From Eledone cirrhosa (Eukaryota), in contig OZ024740.1 of NCBI GenBank assembly GCA_964016885.1, positions 177,258,001 through 177,322,000 of the forward strand: 64,000 nucleotides of DNA, given 5' to 3'. Position 1 is the first letter of the stretch, and each line of letters opens with the position of its first letter. The notes under the pieces were generated by a model. The model was not told the DNA's origin and searched no databases. It saw nothing but the letters and a program-made list of their open reading frames with translations. Position numbers and translations under genes: made by a program. This document shows, piece after piece, positions 55,109 through 64,000 of the stretch.

Positions 55109-57065
55109 ATATAGAATATCACGAACATAACACTAAAATGTGCATTCATTTCTATAACAGAGGAAGATTTCGCTGCTAATTTTAGCATGTCAACCGATTA
55201 CGTAGAAAAACCCTTTGTTGGCTCGAGAGGTGAATGTTGCTGTTGACGGTAGTGATGGTAATGGACAGAATAAAAGTAAGGAACTATTCATGGTAATAAA
55301 ATGTAGATGTTTATAATGGCATTAGTGTTGGTGTTGTTATTGTTGTTGTTGTTACGGCTGTTGCTGTTGTTGATGGTGGTAGTCATTACCGTCGTTGGTT
55401 ATAGAAGAGGTTCATGAGTGGGTGGAAGATTTTATGTGTCCATGAGAAGTTAGTGATTGAAGAGAAATTTGTGACAACTAAAATTGTCCTGTTTACAGAA
55501 ATGCTACTCGAGTGTTATTCAAAAACACTTTTTAACAGGAAGTTTAATTTTATTTATTATTATTTTTTTTTTTTTTTTTAATGGTTTAGAAATAACCATA
55601 ATCCTTTTTCGAGCCTTCGATACTGTTGCGAGTAAACGCAGAAGCTATCTATTTATGAGAGAGCTGGCCCGAATACTTGCAACAGAGGAGTCACTTGCTC
55701 TAGAGAGAATGCAAGTCAGCCGTATTACTATTCATGCAACAATTATCAACTCCCTGTGTCTGCTAAGCAGGAATCGTTATAGCATCGGAAAAATTCTTTG
55801 TGATATTTGTTTATGCATTCTTGTTTTTTTCTTACGTACTATGTTCACATCAGGCGGTCTACTTTAACTTTCATCCTCACGACAGCAATAAAAATAATCT
55901 GCTAGAAGAGAGCGCTGAATTGATAGAATTGTTAGTGCATTAGACAAAATGCCACGTGGTATTTGCTCATTATGTTCTCAGTTCATACGTGATGCCATTA
56001 GAGCTGAGCTGAAACGATGGAATGGAGAGGGGATACATGCCTCATATACGACAGCTCGTTTTTCATAAAAATATAGAAAATATAGATACTTGTTCAACTC
56101 TGACTGACAGAATGTTGTTCAAGGCAAATCTGCAAATCTTCCCGAGTGAAATTGAGTTTACAGAAACTGCATATATACTGTATGCACGGTATATATATAC
56201 ACATGAAGGCTGTTTATGCCGAGCAGCGTCAATAGGTGTGTCGAGTTATATTCTTTCATGTCAAAAATAGAAATTTATCCCTCCAATATATAGAGATCGA
56301 TAGAATATGTACCGTGTCGGTAAAATAAGTACTAGAGTCTTTGTGACCAACAAAATAATCCTTGAAGATATTAACCCAGCATGGTTGAAGTTCACTGAAT
56401 GAAACCAATAAAAGAGCATACAAGATGTTTGTATCTAGACTGTGAGCAAAGAGACGGTGAGATCAGTGTGGTGTAAATAATATTACGTGTGCCTAAAAAG
56501 TAAGATATAATAGTTTTGTTGAAATGTATATGACTTTGTACTTACTGTGAACTTAGGTAATATGTAGTGTAGCCTCTGCCAGCACAATGGTTCGGTTTAT
56601 TGCTTCAATATAATATACAAGTATACTGCCACATTGTTGCATAAATGCATATATAATTCCCCCCCCCCCCCCCACACACACACTCATACACAGAAACACA
56701 TACCCAGACACACCCACACACTCATACACAGACACACACATGCACGCATTCATTCATAAAGCACATACACAAACATAAGCACACAGACACACATACAGAT
56801 ATATGCATACATACATATACACATACATACATGCATACACACATACATACATTCATACATACATACATGCATACATACATATATATATATATATATATAA
56901 TGTATATATAAAAGAAATTCATATCTGTCTATACTGACTTCCCATTTCCGTAAATAATAAATGTTGATGCTCCATGACACATAAATAATACATACACATA
57001 ATACATCCATACAACCATACATCCATACATGCATACATCCACACACACATACCTATTGACATACA

Positions 57066-57130
<65 letters not shown>

Positions 57131-58201
57131 AGTAATAATAATAAATTTGAAGACTAAAATCTAAAGAGGGCTCGATAAGGATAAATATATAACAGATATA
57201 TAAGAACCGTAGAGCAAATATTTATTATACATAATATATAGTTAAAAAGTTAAATTCTGTCGTAAAACTGGAGGCTCATCAGGTTGATGCTTATGCCATT
57301 TTCCTTGGTGTTAAAAGACAGAGAGGTACAAGAAATTATCCTGTACAGGACGCCAGCCCATCGCAGGGTAAACTCCCAGCTACTGCTGGTACTCATTTAC
57401 AGCTGAGTATACTGGAGTAACGTTAAATAAAGTTTTTTCCCCAAGAACACTACGCGCCACCCAGGTCTGGACTTGAATCTACGAAATTATGAACGTAGGA
57501 CCAACACCCTAACCACTAGCCCATGCACCTTATAAAAAAAACATACATGTTACGGAAGACGAAATTAAGAAAAATAGGGATAGATATATTGATACTGACG
57601 GATCGAAACAATATTGGTGAAACATAAAAATAAAAACTGTCATCAAATTATAACACAGCATGCTTGATATTGTTATTTGAGACCACACATGGAAAATATG
57701 CTCTATTGCAGGAATCAACTGCCCATTCCTTGTTAATGTAATGAGGGAAATACAATAAAAGGAGGATATGTACGGACTATTGTCAAGGAGTATACAGATC
57801 CACTACCAAAAATACTCTTATTTTCATACCTTTTTTTTTATTTGGGCTACAGGATATATAGCAACCCTACTAGACTGAACTTGGATTCTTGAGGAACGAA
57901 CACAGCTACTTAATACATACTTTACAAATGGCCACGATATCTGGAACCTTCGAAATCTGTAAATCATTCTTAAAATTCAAAGATTGTACGATTACGCAAG
58001 GACAACGGAAATTCCATTATATATATACGTATATATAGAGAGAGATGCATTGTTTTTAATGAGCGCCGATACATCTCAGACCCGCAGCAAACAACTAACG
58101 AGGGGAAAGGCCTATCTTTATGTTTGTGTTTCCTTTACTTTCTAAACACTCGTTCTTATTAACCACACAGCCTTGTCCTTTTCAATTGATATATATATAT
58201 A

Positions 58202-58744
58202 TATAAAAAATTGATGAGCAGAAAAAACAAACATTAAACAATCCTTTAAATAAATTAAAAAATAATTCAAATATCTACCTGTTCATAATGCTATTAGCGG
58301 CGGTTTCCATCCACAAAAGATTGGAAATTCAGAGAATTTCCAACGGAAAGTAGATTTCATCAGATAGCTATTTCCTTTCTATAGGACGTATATCCCAGGG
58401 AAAAAAATTCGTTGTTGCTTACTGCTATTTTTTTTTAGCAGCCAAGCCATCAACAAGTCTGTAATATTCCCGCTTGCTCTAGTGGCCAGGTCACGTATGG
58501 GTCACTTTAACTCATACGAGCTGGTAGTTAGCATTATATTTACGGACCCTGGGACATATGTCCTATAGAAAGGAAATAGCTATCCGCTGAAATCTACTTT
58601 CCGTTGGAAAGTCTTTGAATTTCCAATCTTTTGTGGATGGAAACCGCCTGTAATAGCATTATGAACAGGTAGATATTTGAATTATTTTTTAATTTATTTA
58701 AAGGATTGTTTAATGTTTGTTTGTTCTGCTCATCAATTTTTATA
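58202..58744. mobile_element. foldback/MITE with ~200-bp TIRs (58202-58400 / 58547-58744)
   Basis: tataaaaaattgatgagcagaa...cccaggg versus ccctggga...ttctgctcatcaatttttata. Confidence 0.85.
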
Positions 58745-58856
58745 GTTCTGGTATCTCTAATTATAACCATAGAACAACAATTATATTATAGACACCCTAT
58801 ATATCTTAATGTGTACTTAGTACTCAATGAGATATTTACCTCATTTATATATATAT

Positions 58857-59419
58857 GCATATATATATGTGTGCATGTATGTATATATATATATACATAC
58901 TACTGTACGTCGGTATACATATATGTATGTACGTGTACATACTTATATTTAAGTAACGGCCGTACTAAGAGTGGGAAATGAAATATCGTTTCATTTTTTC
59001 CGTTTATCGTTTTCGGTGCACCCGGCCGATTAACCCACTCGATATGCAAATTTGGCTACTCAGCCGTTAATATGCATAAGGTAAGTATATACGTTCAACA
59101 ATCTGGCAGGAAGGTATACGTTGCTGACGATAGCTAACAAGCTTGAAACTAGTACAGCGTTCCTTTGTCAGTGTTGAACAAACGAGCAACGGTGGTTGCT
59201 AGACACTACGGCTTAATACGGGATGTTTGTTTACAAACACACCAAGCATTATAATAAATGTTCGGTGAATCCATACGTGCATATATATATGTGTGCATGT
59301 ATGTATATATATACATACTACTGTACGTCGGTATACATATATGTATGTACGTGTACATACTTATATTTAAGTAACAGCCGTACTAAGAGTGGGAAATGAA
59401 ATATCGTTTCATTTCTTCC

Positions 59420-59425
<6 letters not shown>
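58857..59425 (+). mobile_element. candidate retrozyme/pLTR tandem: 418-nt period, ~1.35 copies, one HHR
   Basis: 58857-59007 repeats at ~59279-59425 (offset 418 at tactgtacgt and gtgggaaatg); no ORF. Confidence 0.6.
59118..59160 (+). ncRNA. minimal type I hammerhead ribozyme
   Basis: acgttg CTGACGA TAGCT aaca AGCTT GAAA CTAG TA cagcgt: 6-bp stem I, palindromic ACTAGT stem III, GUA site. Confidence 0.85.
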
Positions 59426-59497
<72 letters not shown>

Positions 59498-60010
59498 TAG
59501 GTTTAAATCGAAGTTGTAGCTGCAATGGGGCAGATACCAATCGAACTTTTTGAGGCAGTAACAAAGCAGTCAATGGGACGAAAAGTTAATGTACTTGCCC
59601 AGAGTTAACACAAGATTATATAGGTGTGACACCATGAATATATCGACTAGGTGTATGAAGCTATAGTATAAAACCACAATAACGACAAATACCAACAAGT
59701 AGAAGATTAACCTGCACCGGATCAATTCGGTTTCTGGAAACCCCAAAAAGTGCATTACGTGTTGCAATATGCATATGCCAGTCGTAAGTGCCCCTAGCAG
59801 TTGTTATAAATATATAAATATATATATAAGTATATATTACACAAAAAGAAGTGTGTTACACAGTGAGATGTGTGTAAAGAATTATTACGAGTGATTTTAC
59901 CGTAACTGTATAGAGAACAATATCTAGAGGTTAGCAATTAAATAGAAAAAAACCAATTCAGAATCAAATCTCTGGATTAGAGTTTTAAATCCCAAACCTT
60001 ATAACAATAT

Positions 60011-60085
60011 TTTGCTGATACGAATCTCGCTTCGTTTCACCACTTATATGTGAAGAATCAGGTCACAGGATCCTCCGTCAGCAAA
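60011..60085 (-). ncRNA. type I hammerhead, copy 1 (core mutated CTGAGGA to CGGAGGA)
   Basis: tttgctga CGGAGGA tcc tgtga cctgattct tcaca tataagt ggt GAAA CGAA gcgaga TTCG TA tcagcaaa. Confidence 0.7.
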
Positions 60086-60546
60086 TGCGAGCACTGAACA
60101 CTACACATGGATAGAGAGATTGCTAGTAGACACGCTGGCCAGAGTATGGCGAAATCACGTGTTATTTGCATCAAATAACGGCTCTCATGGATTGGGGAAG
60201 TCGCTAGAAAGTGCAGCCCAACCATTCGAATTTATTAGCTCAACAATTTGGAGCTCATTAAGTATACAAAGATCGGAATTAAGAGTATTCCGCAGTTCAC
60301 TGTAATAATAATAATAGTATTAGCTCAAAGAAGGATAGAGAATTTCCTTCTGAGCTCAAATGCAAGTATATATTACACAAAGAGAAGTGTGTTACACAGT
60401 GAGATGTGTGTAAAGAATTATTACGAGTGATTTTACCGTAACTGTATAGAGAACAATATCTACAGGTTAGCAATTAAATAGCAAAGAAACAATTCAGAAT
60501 CAAATCTCTGGATTAGAATTTTAAATCACAAACCTTATAACTATAT

Positions 60547-60621
60547 TTTGCTGATACGAATCTCGCTTCATTTCACCACTTATATGTGAAGTATCAGGTC
60601 ACAGGATCCTCAGTCAGCAAA
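60547..60621 (-). ncRNA. type I hammerhead, copy 2 (intact core)
   Basis: tttgctga CTGAGGA tcc tgtga cctgatact tcaca tataagt ggt GAAA TGAA gcgaga TTCG TA tcagcaaa: 8-bp stem I, stable stem III, GUA site. Confidence 0.82.
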
Positions 60622-60718
60622 TGCGAGCACTGAACACTACATATCTAACCTCATGGATAGAGAGATTGCTAATAGACACGCTGGCCAGAGTAGGGCGAAA
60701 TCACGTGTTATTTGCATC

Positions 60719-61238
60719 TGGTGAAACGAAGCGAGATTCGTATCAGCAAAATATAGTTATAAGGTTTGTGATTTAAAACTCTAATCCAGAGATTTGATTC
60801 TGTTTTTGTTTTTTTTTCTATTTAATTGCTAACCTGTAGATATTGTTCTGTATACAGTAACGATAAAATCACTCGTAATAATTCTTTACACACATCTCAC
60901 TGTGTAACATACTTCTCTTTGTGTAATATATACTTGCATTTGAGCTCAGAAGGAAATTCTCTATCCTTCTTTGAGCTAATACTATTATTATTATTACAGT
61001 GGGCGGTGGATTGGCAGTATCGGTAGAGGGTCGGACGCCATGCTTTCCAGCATAGTTCCGTCCCTTTACGATCTGAGTTCAAATCCCACCGAGGTTGACT
61101 TTGCCTTTCATCCTTACGGGGTGGATAAAATAAAGTACCAGTAATGCACTGGATAATTGCTGGCCGTGTGCCTAATGTAGAAACAATTATTATTATTACA
61201 GTGAACTGCGGAATACTCTTAATTCAAATCTTTGTATA
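60719..61238 (+). repeat. inverted partial third copy of the 536-nt unit, starting inside the HHR and interrupted by a SINE
   Basis: tggtGAAAcgaagcgagattcgtatcagcaaaa... is the reverse complement of ~60263-60579. Confidence 0.9.
61001..61186 (+). mobile_element. full-length tRNA-derived SINE with target-site duplication
   Basis: A box tggcagtatcgg, B box gttcaaatcc, core gcctttcatccttacgggg..gataaaataaagtaccag; ttattattattacagt on both sides. Confidence 0.9.
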
Positions 61239-61288
61239 AATATATATATATACATATTATATATACAGTAACTTCACGTTGCACTCCC

Positions 61289-61379
<91 letters not shown>

Positions 61380-61410
61380 GTACATAATATGTATATATAT
61401 ATATATATAT

Positions 61411-61510
<100 letters not shown>

Positions 61511-61650
61511 TAAAGAGTTAAACAAGATTCAATGAGTACATCAAAGAATGAGTTTTACAGTAGATTGGAAGCACTCTACAAAGGATATTTTGCAGAGTTA
61601 TTAATATGAATTCAAATATTAACAAAATAGATATTCTTGTGATCAATTAA

Positions 61651-61715
61651 ATTTTATTATACATATTTCAGAGGTACTGAATCAAGTTCAACAGTACGTC
61701 CTCATCAGATAAAAT
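61651..61715 (-). ncRNA. type I hammerhead antisense to and just upstream of the Naiad ORF
   Basis: Minus strand: attttat CTGATGA GGA C GTACTG ttgaacttgatt CAGTAC C TCT GAAA TATGTA TA ataaaat; 7-bp stem I, AUA site. Confidence 0.78.
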
Positions 61716-61718
61716 AAA

Positions 61719-63818
61719 ATGATACATGAATCTTTATTTAAATGTAGAAAGAATCCTCCATACAACAAACTCCTGAAGGATTTTGAAACTGAAATGCTCG
61801 GTATACTTAAAAAAATTAAATTTAGGAAAAACCCATATATAGGTCACCAATACCTTAGAACTCTAAAAGAAAAAATCACGGAAATAAAAAAGTTAACAAA
61901 ATATTGATTAAATCGGACAAAACAAACAATTTATATGGGATAAACAAAGAAGAATATAATAACTTGATTTTAAAGGAACTTAGGAAAAATTATAAATAAG
62001 CCCCGGCTGAAGATCTTACAGACATTAATGATGATGTATATAAATTAATTACCAAATTAGGAATCGAAGGAAGAACAGAGCCACTTATACCTAGGCAGCC
62101 GCGGATCAACTTAAAAGATCACAAAAGAAACTTCGAGGAACACTTGCCAGTTAGACTGATTGCTCCATCCAAATCGGATATTGGAGTAATCAGTAAAAAC
62201 ATTATTGATAGAATTCTACCTGCTCTGAAATTGAGGTCTAAATTGAGCTTGTGGAAAGATACAAACGAAGTCATTGAATGGTATAAGAATATAGATAATA
62301 AGAAAAACCATAAATTCATCCAGATGGACATAACAAGCTATTATTCTTCCATAACGCCCAACCTACTAAATAAGGCTCTATCATACGCTTACAAGCATAC
62401 TGATCTAATCACGGATGAAATTGATATCATATTAACAGTTAGAAGAACTCTTATTAACTTCGACAATGAGTATTGGACCCGCTCAGATAGAAATAGAAAC
62501 TTTGATATTACCATGGGGTCATCTGATTCAGCGCAAATCACGGATCTTCTGGGGATTTTCATATTAAATATGATAAATAGAAAACTGCCGGAGATTACCG
62601 GTGGTTTATATAGGGACGACATTTTATTTACGGTTGTCAAACACAACAATATTGAACTAATTAGAGTAAAGAAAAATATAATTGAATTCTTTAAAATGTA
62701 TGACCTTAAGCTAGAAGTAGAAAGTGGTACCAAAATAGTTAATTTCCTTGATGTTACGTTTAACTTAAACTCTGGCTTTTATTACCCTTTCCATAAGCCC
62801 AATGAAAACTTAAATTACGTTAGTTATTACTCCAATCACCCTAAGTCAGTAAAAAAGCAATTGTAAATAGTGTGCAAATAGAATATCTGCCAATAAAGCA
62901 ATATTTGATGAAAATGCAGGATATTACAACGAAGCGCTAAAAAGATCAGTTATGAGAATAATATAGAATATGTAGATAATAATAATCCAAGTTTTAATCC
63001 TGACAAAAATAATGGCATATATAAACGAAATTCTATAAATTCTAGTAATTATAATTCTAGTAATTATAACACCTATACTGGGAACAAATCGAGGAAAAGA
63101 ACCATAACTAAATCAGTTATATGGTTTGCCCCCCCCCCTTGCTTCTGTAGCAGTAAGAACACCAATAGCTAATTTATTCTTTAAAGCTTTGGATAGCTCT
63201 TTCCCTAGTCAACATAAATACCATTCCATTTTTAATAGACACACTATTAAATTATCTTATTCTACAACTATGAATATGGCCCAAAACATTGCTAAAATAA
63301 ACAGCAAAATTCTAAATCAAAATCAGCATAATGATATTAATAAGAGTGTTAACATAAATAATAATAAATCAAAATGTAATTGTAGAAATAAACCAGATTG
63401 CTCTCTGCAAAATAATTGTTTGGACAGTAATTTGGTGTATAAATGCACCGTAAAAACTGATAACAAGGCATACAACTAGATAGGAGCGACTTCTTCTACA
63501 TTTAAGGCTAGATTTGCGAATCATAAATGCTCATTCTCGAATTCTAATAGGAAATCTTCGACTTCTTTATCACAGCTTATATGGTCATTAAAAGACAAAC
63601 ATTTAAAATACTCGAACTTTTGGACGAAACTTTGTAATAGTGGAGTTTATCTCAACTCAAGTATATCAAGTAACTGCGCCCTCTGTACAATGGAGACCCT
63701 ATTAATAATTAATAATTATGAAAACTTAATTAACAAAAAAAGTGAATTATTCTCAAACTGCCTTCATAAAGCTTTGTCTACATTCCAAGCCTCGCATAAA
63801 GTCAGGAAAAAACAGTAA
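61719..63818 (+). pseudogene. Penelope-like element, Naiad type: RT + GIY-YIG endonuclease, decayed
   Basis: KDHK.NF...PVRLIAPSKSDIGVISK, MDITSYYSSI, FDITMGSSDSAQ, GLYRDD, VNFLDVTF, PFHKPN..YV..SNHP, IFNRHTIKLSYS, KCNCRNKPDCSLQNNC..NLVYKCTV..AYN*IG.T..FK.RF.NH. Confidence 0.9.
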
Positions 63819-64000
63819 GCAACCAAGCCTGGTTTTTAGACGTACATCATCAACTGTTGAACATATAAATCATAACGGCTTATAAAACTTTAATAATGTT
63901 TTATCTTCTAATCATTTATTTTGGAAATAATGTTTGAATGAGTGACACTTGTTGAATAACTTGCTTGCAGGTTGGATATGCATAACCTATGGCTTTTTGG

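Larger units (their letters stand above)
59828..60718 (-). mobile_element. candidate non-LTR retrozyme: head-to-tail 536-nt repeat, ~1.65 copies, one HHR per unit
   Basis: aagtatatattacacaaa at 59828 and 60364; HHRs at 60011 and 60547; non-coding, hairpin-rich. Confidence 0.75.

Noticed and set aside
61001-61090. tRNA gene
   Set aside because: A/B boxes belong to a SINE head; no cloverleaf, and it continues into the SINE core.
63930-63985. SECIS-like ATGA..AA..GA downstream of the Naiad ORF
   Set aside because: Helix geometry is poor and the conserved Cys codons are not TGA.

Overview
Repeat-dominated, AT-rich animal genomic DNA with no convincing host protein-coding exon. The dense (TA)n/(CA)n/(GA)n/(AAT)n microsatellites and the dominant tRNA-derived SINE suggest an octopus/coleoid genome (inference). 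Nearly all ORFs in the track are microsatellite artefacts. Real coding remnants are all transposons: a near full-length Tx1/L1-clade LINE (minus, ~35.9-42.0 kb), two CR1/L2-like LINE fragments, a Neptune-type and a Naiad-type Penelope-like element (PLE), RTE, CRE-like and mariner fragments. Two non-autonomous Helitrons, several MITE/foldback elements and about 20 SINE copies are also present. The notable signal, read by eye on both strands, is a dense set of self-cleaving ribozyme motifs: about 13 type I hammerhead (HHR) cores from roughly 9 sequence families, plus a candidate HDV-like ribozyme. Two HHRs sit in non-coding head-to-tail repeats with 536-nt and 418-nt periods next to the Naiad PLE, i.e. 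candidate non-LTR retrozymes that could yield circular RNAs. Several families share a U.U at the 10.1-11.1 position, and one HHR is split exactly in its core by a Helitron. All folds are manual and untested.
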